From the NCBI GenBank assembly GCA_043750125.1, contig JAYVCD010000174.1:1-21655 (forward strand): 21,655 bases of DNA, given 5' to 3'. The notes under the pieces are model-generated. The model was not told the origin of the DNA. It saw only the letters and a program-made list of their open reading frames with translations, and did not search any database. Numbering within the stretch: the first letter of the stretch is position 1; each line of letters opens with the position of its first letter. This DNA comes from Archangiaceae bacterium. GTDB lineage: Bacteria > Myxococcota > Myxococcia > Myxococcales > Myxococcaceae. Shown here piece by piece: positions 15,256 through 21,655 of the stretch. Made by a program: the position numbers and the translations under genes.

Positions 15256-17829
15256 TCACGGGACGTAGACCTTCAGCACGTTGCCGGTGTCGACGTAGAG
15301 CAGCGCCGCCTTTCCTCCGAACGAGACGGGCTCGAACTCAGCGTTCGCGGGCACCGCGACCTTCGCTCCCGGAATGTCCGCAAAGGCCCCCTGGCAATCG
15401 GGGTCGAGGGGCAGGCGGGTCAGCTGAATCTCGCCTCCGATCAGGCGCCGGGCTCCGACGAAGCTGTTGCTGTCGCGTCGATCGCTGGCCACCCGCAGCT
15501 CGGACGTGGGCTGCAATTCAACGACGGTGGGTGCCGGGCAGCCCCGCCCCACGCAGCCGGAATGACTGGGGGCCACCCGCACCAGTCGTTTGCCCGAATT
15601 CGCGTTGTAGACGTACACGGAACAACCGTTGGAGACCGCATGCGAAACGCCTTCGGCGAAAATCGCGACATCCGCCCACTCCTGCTGCGGGCTCAGCTCG
15701 CACGTGGGCGGGACATTGGCGTAAAGCGAATAGCAGCCAAAGGTGCGGTGCTTGAGGGCTCCGTTCTTCACTTCGATCGCCTCCCAGTAATCAGCGGCGA
15801 AGCCCATCGAGGTAGGGCGGCCCATTCCGAGCCCCAGGTGGGTCGGCAATCCGACCCGCCCGTACGAGGCTTGACCCAGGGTCACGTCGAGATAGCCCAC
15901 GTCTGCCAGGCCGCTGCCCTCGGCTGGAAAAGCAGCAACCGGAACGATTCCCAGCTTTCCGATTTCGCCGGTCGCTGGGTCGTCCCCTTGTCGAACCCAG
16001 GCCAGACGCTCGCCCGACGAAGGCAAGTAGGTGGTCGCGCCGCTCACCCGCTGGGCCGACAGATCCGCGTTGACCCTCGATTCCCCGTACGCCGCCACTT
16101 CTCCGTTCGATCCCCCGAGCACCGGCGTCCAGGCGGGCCGGTTGTCTTCGATGATTCCGGTCTTTGGATTGACTCGCACCCAACGGTACCCGGCGGGCGA
16201 GCTGGCGGAAGCGGTGAAGAGGGTCAGGACTCCATCTGCATCGGCGGCCGCCTTGAAATGCGCGACATTCGGCATCAACGTGGCGCTTGAGTTCGGCACC
16301 ATCGGCGCGGTGTGAAACTTCACCCACGGCAATCCGACGAGCGGATTTCCGAAGGCATCGACCACCGGCATCGGAATAACCGAAAAGGCCGTGTCCGCAG
16401 GCAGGCCCACCATCTCGAAGTGCCGGGGGGTGGTCCACGTTCCGTTTACGGGAGACAGCCACAGCCAGAGACCCGGCCCACCGCTCACGTCCTCGCTGAA
16501 GTCGATGGAAACCGTCGCCGCCGCATTGCGCCTCTCAGCCGCCGGGATACGCGCCACCACGGTCGGGCGCACCCGGTCGACCTCGAAGAACAGGCGCTGC
16601 TCGCTGGTGTTGCCTGCGGTGTCCTGCGCGGTGAGCGTCACCTCGTAGGTCTTCGGGTTGTCCATCGGCGAAGTGGCGACTTTGAAGGTAGGGCTCACCA
16701 CGGGACTCGAGCCGTTGCGCACCGCCACCCGAGGGTCCCCATCGGTGACCGCCCAGGCGACGGTTACGTCGTCCCCCGACGTGAAGCTCGCCTTGTTGAA
16801 CCGCGCGCCCTGGGCGGGAGCGGTGAACTTCAGCACCGGCGCAACCACGTCCACCGTCGTCATTCGCTCGGCCCGGGTGACGTTTCCCGCCTCGTCGGTT
16901 GCAGTCACTTCCAGAGACTGCGGTTCGAAGTCGAGCTCGGGCGAGGGGGAAAAGGCAACCGACCATTGCCCGCTGACGACGTTCGCCGCCTGGGGCCCGT
17001 TGCCCAGGTGCGCCGTCACCTTCGTTGCTCCGGCGACGGTTCCCTGGACCTGGCCCCCACCGAGAAAGAACGCCGAGCCGAGCACCGCATCCACGCCCGG
17101 CACCGTGAACGAAATCTCGGGCGGTACCACGTCGACGGTGACCATGCGGGTCACCACGGTGCGGTTGCCTGCGCGATCCACCGCCGTCACCCGGACGGTG
17201 TGGCCGATGCCGTCTTCCAACATCGGGGTGGCCCAATCGAAGCTGAACTGATTGCCGGTCGGCGTCACCGCCACGTCTCCTTCGCCGACATCGACAGTCA
17301 ACGCCGCCACTGCGGAACCATCGGTGACCGTTCCACTGACCTGGGGCTCTGCGGCAAACCAGGTGGCGTTGAGCTGGGCTGCTTCCATCGGCGAGCCGAG
17401 GGTCAGCACCGGAGGCTGATTGTCGAGCATGATTTCGACCCGGGCCGTCGCCGTCTGCTGTCGCGAGTCGTGCGCGCGCAGGCTCAGCCCCACCGGCCGC
17501 CCATCCAGCGACGGCAGCGCCACGCGGGCCGAGAAGTGCTCGGAAGAAACCGGCACCACAACCCACGACTTTCCCTCGTCCAAAGACAGCTCGAGCGTCG
17601 GCAGGCCGTTGTCGTCGTGAACCGACCCGGACACCGTCAAAGTGTCCCCCGCGACCAGCGCTCCAGGCCGCGGTTCCTCGATTCGCAGCTGGGGGGGCTC
17701 GTCGCGCACGCAAAGCGCGCCCGCGCAGCGCTGAGTCGAGTCACAGACCGCGTGGCCGCACTGAATTTCGGCTGAAGAGGGCTGACAGCCGGCAACCACA
17801 AGCGCGGTGAGCAACATCAAGCGGGTCAT
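15256..17829 (-). CDS. Ig-like repeat surface lipoprotein, paralog A
   Basis: MTRLMLLTALVVAG-C lipobox; CGHAVCDSTQRCAGALC mini-domain; repeats with AVDRAGN, ATDEAGN, AQDTAGN and VDVVxP; fifth repeat with DFSEDV...DAFGNP; ~350-aa head colinear with paralog B. Confidence 0.9.
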   Translation of the reverse strand: MTRLMLLTALVVAGCQPSSAEIQCGHAVCDSTQRCAGALCVRDEPPQLRIEEPRPGALVAGDTLTVSGSVHDDNGLPTLELSLDEGKSWVVVPVSSEHFSARVALPSLDGRPVGLSLRAHDSRQQTATARVEIMLDNQPPVLTLGSPMEAAQLNATWFAAEPQVSGTVTDGSAVAALTVDVGEGDVAVTPTGNQFSFDWATPMLEDGIGHTVRVTAVDRAGNRTVVTRMVTVDVVPPEISFTVPGVDAVLGSAFFLGGGQVQGTVAGATKVTAHLGNGPQAANVVSGQWSVAFSPSPELDFEPQSLEVTATDEAGNVTRAERMTTVDVVAPVLKFTAPAQGARFNKASFTSGDDVTVAWAVTDGDPRVAVRNGSSPVVSPTFKVATSPMDNPKTYEVTLTAQDTAGNTSEQRLFFEVDRVRPTVVARIPAAERRNAAATVSIDFSEDVSGGPGLWLWLSPVNGTWTTPRHFEMVGLPADTAFSVIPMPVVDAFGNPLVGLPWVKFHTAPMVPNSSATLMPNVAHFKAAADADGVLTLFTASASSPAGYRWVRVNPKTGIIEDNRPAWTPVLGGSNGEVAAYGESRVNADLSAQRVSGATTYLPSSGERLAWVRQGDDPATGEIGKLGIVPVAAFPAEGSGLADVGYLDVTLGQASYGRVGLPTHLGLGMGRPTSMGFAADYWEAIEVKNGALKHRTFGCYSLYANVPPTCELSPQQEWADVAIFAEGVSHAVSNGCSVYVYNANSGKRLVRVAPSHSGCVGRGCPAPTVVELQPTSELRVASDRRDSNSFVGARRLIGGEIQLTRLPLDPDCQGAFADIPGAKVAVPANAEFEPVSFGGKAALLYVDTGNVLKVYVP

Positions 17830-17865
17830 TTTCGTCTCTCGGGTGAAGGGTCGAGGGGCGCTTTG

Positions 17866-17880
17866 GCAAGCGACGGGCCG
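17866..17880 (-). promoter_or_regulatory. Candidate sigma54 (-24/-12) promoter for the Ig-lipoprotein pair
   Basis: Minus strand CGGCCCGTCGCTTGC = GG-N10-GC with TTGC, ending 36 nt upstream of ATG 17829. Confidence 0.45.
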
Positions 17881-17989
17881 TCCGCAACCGGGCGCGATGA
17901 CTGTCGGGACGCGCGGGCGGCAATCCGAAAGACGGGACGACGAATCTGGTCAGCCAGACCTGGCGTGCCGCGTTAAGGGAGCACACCCG

Positions 17990-18931
17990 ATGCCCACCCC
18001 AGTGCTCGAGATCGACCAGCTCACCAAGCGGTACCCGAAGCTCACGGCGCTCGACTCGATCAACCTGACCATTCCGGCCGGAGAAATCTTCGCCTTGCTC
18101 GGGCCCAACGGCGCGGGGAAGACGACGTTGATCGCCACGGTCTGCGGGACGGCGAAGAAGACCTCGGGCCGGATCAAGCTCTTCGGCATCGACCTCGATC
18201 TCGACCCGATCAAGCCCCGCTACGACGTGGGGCTGGTCCCGCAGGAAATCAACTTCGACCCGTTCTTCAGCGTCCGCGAGGCGCTGCGCATTCAGCAGGG
18301 GTATTACGGCCGGCCCCGCGACGACGCGCGCATCGACGAAGTGCTTTCGGCGCTCAACCTGTTGTCGAAAGCCGATTCCCAGACCCGCTCACTTTCCGGC
18401 GGAATGAAGCGGCGGTTGTTGATCGCCAAGGCGCTCGTCCACCGTCCGAAGCTGGTGTTCCTCGACGAGCCCACCGCGGGCGTCGACGTAGAGCTGCGCC
18501 GCGACCTCTGGGCCTACGTCCGCACGTTGCGCAGTCAGGGGACGACCGTGGTGCTCACCACCCATTACCTCGAAGAGGCCGAAGAGCTCGCCGACCGGGT
18601 GGGGATCATCGATGGCGGCAAGCTGCTGCTGGTGGAAAACAAGTCGACGCTGATGAAGCGGTTGGGCGAGCGTCACCTCGAGGTGCGCTTCAGCAGCCCC
18701 GTCACCCAGATTCCCGTCGGAGCGATGCACAGCCAGGCGATGCTCTGCGAAGAAGGAAAATTGTTTCGCTACCTCGAGCGCTACGACGGGCCCCCGGCCG
18801 CAACCCTGTTGGCCGCGCTCTACGCCGCGCAGCTGCCGATCAGCGACGTGGCGATCAAACCCGCCCGGCTCGAAGACATCCTTCTTCACGTGCTGCACAA
18901 CGGAGCGATCACCGCCGAGGCCCAGTCGTGA
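17990..18931 (+). CDS. ABC-2 type transporter ATP-binding subunit (YadG-like)
   Basis: [13 protein letters not shown]-loop, LSGGMKRR, VFLDEPTAGVD, TTHYLEEAE. AAGGGAG SD-like sequence upstream of ATG 17990. Confidence 0.93.
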   Translation: MPTPVLEIDQLTKRYPKLTALDSINLTIPAGEIFALLGPNGAGKTTLIATVCGTAKKTSGRIKLFGIDLDLDPIKPRYDVGLVPQEINFDPFFSVREALRIQQGYYGRPRDDARIDEVLSALNLLSKADSQTRSLSGGMKRRLLIAKALVHRPKLVFLDEPTAGVDVELRRDLWAYVRTLRSQGTTVVLTTHYLEEAEELADRVGIIDGGKLLLVENKSTLMKRLGERHLEVRFSSPVTQIPVGAMHSQAMLCEEGKLFRYLERYDGPPAATLLAALYAAQLPISDVAIKPARLEDILLHVLHNGAITAEAQS

Positions 18932-19686
18932 ACCTGATCGGCGTTCAGACCCTGCTGGGCAAAGAAGTGCGCCGGTTCCTCAAGGTGCCGGGGCAGACGG
19001 TCTTCTCCCCGTTGATCTCCACCACCCTCTACTTCCTCGTCTTCGGCTTCACGCTCGGAGGCTCGCAGGCGCAGACCGATGGGGTCCCGTACCTGGTGTT
19101 CATCGTTCCGGGCCTGGTCTTTCTGGGGACGGCGAACAACGCGTTCCTCAACGCCTCGAGCTCGCTGTTCATCACCAAGATTCAAGGGACGGTGGTGGAT
19201 CTGCTGGTCGCTCCGTTGGGGTCGGTCGAGCTGATGATCGGCTTCGTCACCGGAGCGATGGCCCGCGGGCTGATCGTCGGCCTCGCCACCTGGGGGGTGA
19301 CCATCTACTTCACCGGGTTTCACCTCGTGCACCCGTTCGAGACGTTCGCGTTTCTGCTGTTGTCGGCGTACGTCTTCTCGATGCTCGGGCTGCTCGCGGG
19401 GCTGTGGGCCGACAAGTTCGAGCAGGTGAACTTCTTTCCGACCTTCGTGATGCTCCCGCTCACCTTCCTGGGCGGCGTCTTCTATTCGGTCGACCGGCTG
19501 AACGAGCCGTTTCGAACCATCAGCAACTTCAACCCCGTGGTGCACATGGTGGTCGGCCTGCGCGCGGGAATGCTGGGGCTGCCGCTGCCCCGGACTGCAG
19601 GGCTGACCATTCTTCTCGTGCTGGCGGTGGGGGCCACCGGGCTCGCCTACCGCCTGCTCAAGTCGGGGTACAAGCTGAAGGCGTGA
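18928..19686 (+). CDS. ABC-2 type transporter permease (YadH-like)
   Basis: KEVRRFLK...QTVFSP, YLVFIVPGL, PLTFLGGVFYS, FNPVVHMV, about six TM segments. GTGA overlap with the ATPase gene. Confidence 0.93.
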   Translation: MNLIGVQTLLGKEVRRFLKVPGQTVFSPLISTTLYFLVFGFTLGGSQAQTDGVPYLVFIVPGLVFLGTANNAFLNASSSLFITKIQGTVVDLLVAPLGSVELMIGFVTGAMARGLIVGLATWGVTIYFTGFHLVHPFETFAFLLLSAYVFSMLGLLAGLWADKFEQVNFFPTFVMLPLTFLGGVFYSVDRLNEPFRTISNFNPVVHMVVGLRAGMLGLPLPRTAGLTILLVLAVGATGLAYRLLKSGYKLKA

Positions 19687-19744
19687 GCTTCGCGCTCGGG
19701 GCCATTTTCGGTTAAGAGCGAAACCGACTTCCCCTTCCGCCGAA

Positions 19745-20437
19745 ATGCTAGCCGCCCGCCCCCGCCTCGAGCCTTCCAGAAAAGCAGGTGCCCACACCCT
19801 GCGGGTGAACGAGATCTACATCTCGCTTCAGGGCGAATCGTCTCACCAGGGCCTGCTGTGCACCTTCGTGCGACTGACCGGCTGTCACCTGCGCTGCAGC
19901 TATTGCGACAGCGCGCACAGCTTCTACCAGGGCTCGAAGATGACGGTGGCCGAGGTGGTCGATCGCGTCGTCGGGCTGGGCGCTTCGCGGGTCGAGGTGA
20001 CCGGAGGCGAGCCATTGCTCCAACCCGCCGTCTACCCGCTGATGGAAGCGCTGCTGGCGAAGGGGCTCACGGTGATGCTCGAAACCTCGGGAGCGATCGA
20101 CGTCCGCGAGGTCCCCCCCGCGGTGCAGAAGATCGTCGATTTGAAGACGCCCTCGTCCGGCGAGAGCGACCGAAATGATCTTCGCGTCCTCGAGAGCATG
20201 AACGGAAACGACGAGCTGAAGTTCGTCATCGGCAGCCGCGAAGACTACGACTGGGCGAAGGGGATGCTGCAGTCACACCGGCTGGCGAGCCGGCCGTTTC
20301 AGCTGTTGTTTTCCACCGTGCACGGGAAGCTGGGAGTGCAACAGCTGGCCGAGTGGATCATCGCCGACCGGCTGCCGGTGCGGTTCCAGCTGCAGCAGCA
20401 CAAGTACGTCTGGAAGCCCGAAGCCCGCGGGGTCTGA
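19745..20437 (+). CDS. queE: 7-carboxy-7-deazaguanine synthase (radical SAM)
   Basis: EIYISLQGES, FVRLTGCHLRCSYCD (CxxxCxxC), TGGEPLLQ, ETSG, LKFVI, QLQQHK. Exact start uncertain. Confidence 0.9.
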   Translation: MLAARPRLEPSRKAGAHTLRVNEIYISLQGESSHQGLLCTFVRLTGCHLRCSYCDSAHSFYQGSKMTVAEVVDRVVGLGASRVEVTGGEPLLQPAVYPLMEALLAKGLTVMLETSGAIDVREVPPAVQKIVDLKTPSSGESDRNDLRVLESMNGNDELKFVIGSREDYDWAKGMLQSHRLASRPFQLLFSTVHGKLGVQQLAEWIIADRLPVRFQLQQHKYVWKPEARGV

Positions 20438-20872
20438 TCAACCGCGCGAGACTTTGCGCGAGGCGACCCGCACCGGCTTGGCCAGCTTGTGTGCCTTTGC
20501 GAACCGGGCCTTCTTCTTCACCGCCGACTTCACCCCCGTCTTCTCGGCCGACTTCGAGCCCGCCGGCGCTTCGATCGCCTGGACCAGCTGCGAGGTCGCC
20601 GCCATCGCGTCGCTGTTCGAGAGCCGACCGTCGTCGTTGATCGGCAGGCTCAGGCTCAAGCGGGGGCCGCCGGGACCGGTGACCTTCAGCTCCATCTTGC
20701 CGCCGACCGCCTTGCTGCTCACCGTGTAGTCGCCTCCTTTGACGCACTCCATCGAGATGCAGATTGTCTGGCTCAGCTGCTCACTTGCGGGGCCGCTGAC
20801 CGCGACGTGCTCGCCGACGGCCCAGGCGGGGCTCGAACCCACCACGGCAATGAATGACAGAACGCGAATCAT
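20438..20872 (-). CDS. Hypothetical exported protein with Cys pair and basic C-terminal tail
   Basis: Signal-like MIRVLSFIAVVGSSPAWA (AxA cleavage site), QTICISMEC, tail KSAEKTGVKSAVKKKARFAKAHKLAKPVRVASRKVSRG. Stop abuts the queE stop. Confidence 0.8.
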   Translation of the reverse strand: MIRVLSFIAVVGSSPAWAVGEHVAVSGPASEQLSQTICISMECVKGGDYTVSSKAVGGKMELKVTGPGGPRLSLSLPINDDGRLSNSDAMAATSQLVQAIEAPAGSKSAEKTGVKSAVKKKARFAKAHKLAKPVRVASRKVSRG

Positions 20873-20885
20873 GCGGCCGGACAGA

Positions 20886-20900
20886 GCAAGGGCCAGGCCG
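20886..20900 (-). promoter_or_regulatory. Candidate sigma54 (-24/-12) promoter
   Basis: Minus strand CGGCCTGGCCCTTGC = GG-N10-GC with TTGC, ending 13 nt before ATG 20872. AT-rich patch immediately upstream (20901-20930). Confidence 0.4.
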
Positions 20901-20979
20901 ATTAGAAATTTCGGTCGGTTAAGTCCTTACAGAGGGCTCAAAACTGGGACACCCACCGTCCATCTGGGGGGTCGGCCCC

Positions 20980-21231
20980 TCAGGCGACCTGGGTGTGGAG
21001 CGCCATCGTCCGCAGCACCACCGCGACGACGAAGCCCCCCAACCAGCCGGCGAGGATCAACCCCTTCCGGCGGTGCTCGAACTGGCTGAACCCATAGATG
21101 ATGCCGACGATCGGAATCAGCAGCACCATGAAGCCCGTGCCCACGCTGCGCCCAAACGCGTGGAGCAGCACGAGGACGAAACACGTCAGCGCCAGAAATT
21201 GAATCAGCTGTCCGAAGACTGCGAGGGCCAC
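20980..21231 (-). CDS. Small membrane protein (~3 TM)
   Basis: Hydrophobic segments LIQFLALTCFVLVLLHAF, GTGFMVLLIPIVGIIYGF and GLILAGWLGGFVVAVVL. GTG start. Confidence 0.8.
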   Translation of the reverse strand: MALAVFGQLIQFLALTCFVLVLLHAFGRSVGTGFMVLLIPIVGIIYGFSQFEHRRKGLILAGWLGGFVVAVVLRTMALHTQVA

Positions 21232-21264
21232 GAGGCCACCTTAGGCCTCACGCGATTCAAAGCC

Positions 21265-21298
21265 AAAGAGTCCTCGCCCCCTGGGCAGCACTCTTTTT
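21265..21298. terminator. Candidate intrinsic terminator hairpin downstream of the Cys-rich gene
   Basis: AAAGAGT (21265-21271) pairs with ACTCTTT (21290-21296), enclosing a GCCC/GGGC stem, directly after the TGA at 21298-21300. Confidence 0.4.
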
Positions 21299-21654
21299 CA
21301 GTTGGAGACAGCGCAGCTGCAGTTTCCGGTCGGCCCACAGCTGGAGAGAGTCGTGAAGTCGAGACAGTTTCCTCCGGCGCAGCACGGCTGCGTCTCTGAG
21401 CAGGTTTGACCCAGCGCCGGGCACAACGAGGGTTGACAGCTTCCGGTCGTCGAATCGGGAGGAACGATGCACGACTGACCCGAACAGCAGTCGGCCGACG
21501 CGGTGCAACTTTGTCCTTGTGACGAACAGACGGGTGGCGGTTGGCAGGTGTTCGCGCCTCCGTCCCGGTTCGAACAGATTCCCGAGCAGCACTGCGAAGA
21601 CGCGGTGCAGGTCAGGGCGTTGCCGCGGCAGATGGTAATGCCCCCATCGCCAGG
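21298..21654 (-). CDS. C-terminus of a cysteine-rich protein with tandem knottin (ICK)-like repeats (5' end outside window)
   Basis: Manual translation: PGDGGITICRGNALTCTASSQCCSGICSNRDGGANTCQPPPVCSSQGQSCTASADCCSGQSCIVPPDSTTGSCQPSLCPALGQTCSETQPCCAGGNCLDFTTLSSCGPTGNCSCAVSN*; 20 Cys in 118 aa. Not in the ORF track. Confidence 0.88.
   Translation of the reverse strand, partial: PGDGGITICRGNALTCTASSQCCSGICSNRDGGANTCQPPPVCSSQGQSCTASADCCSGQSCIVPPDSTTGSCQPSLCPALGQTCSETQPCCAGGNCLDFTTLSSCGPTGNCSCAVSN
21313..21630 (-). repeat. Three tandem Cys-framework protein repeats
   Basis: Units at 21630-21544, 21528-21436 and 21423-21313, each starting C-x6-C-x5-CC-x3/4-C. Units 1 and 2 share TGCACCGCGTC at DNA level. 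Confidence 0.85.
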
Positions 21655-21655
21655 G

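Noticed and set aside
224-17775. Many long antisense or off-frame ORFs (e.g. 224..1957-, 1453..2868+, 7694..9352+, 9697..10989+, 11046..12677+, 16312..17775+)
   Set aside because: They shadow well-supported genes, are Arg/His/Gly-rich with no motifs, and are expected from stop-codon scarcity in high-GC coding DNA.
21257-21592. Track ORF of 111 aa on the minus strand
   Set aside because: Off-frame shadow of the Cys-repeat CDS, whose regular Cys spacing identifies the true frame.
14030-21650. Recurrent DGG/DAG tripeptides in the exported proteins as a modification motif
   Set aside because: Also present in the cytoplasmic TPR and ABC proteins and absent from paralog A; not distinguishable from GC-driven composition in this window.
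19745-21654. Radical SAM enzyme near a Cys-rich protein as a RiPP (ranthipeptide/sactipeptide) cluster
   Set aside because: The enzyme has QueE-specific motifs and no SPASM or RRE domain, it is on the opposite strand, and the even Cys counts fit disulfides.
1-21655. Mobile elements, prophage, defence systems, rRNA/tRNA
   Set aside because: No transposase, integrase, nuclease or phage motifs, no repeat-spacer array, and no obvious compositional island by eye.

Overview
GC-rich bacterial chromosomal window whose gene content (PilZ protein, TPR protein, membrane class III cyclase, Cys-rich lipoproteins, sigma54-like promoters) suggests Myxococcota; this taxonomy is inference. In order: 3' end of thiL (absent from the ORF track), an orphan helical protein and an AHSxG lipase. 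Next, on the minus strand, NAD-type icd, a lipoprotein, purine nucleoside phosphorylase, a PilZ protein and a broken alpha/beta-hydrolase pseudogene. Then a TPR + DUF1444/YtpQ-like fusion, a ~170 bp multi-hairpin intergenic region, a small membrane protein, and a stop/start-overlapped ettA - adenylate cyclase - aryl-CoA monooxygenase/reductase unit. These are followed by two tandem paralogous lipoproteins (Cys mini-domain, five Ig-like repeats, unrecognised 6-Cys head), an ABC-2 transporter pair, queE and two small exported/membrane proteins. The right edge, also absent from the ORF track, holds the C-terminus of a protein made of three tandem C-C-CC-C-C (knottin/ICK-like) repeats. No rRNA, tRNA, CRISPR array, transposase or phage gene was seen. 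The best leads are the knottin-repeat protein, the paired Ig-stalk lipoproteins, the structured intergenic element and the ettA-cyclase-monooxygenase coupling. All family calls come from motif recognition by eye; no searches were run.
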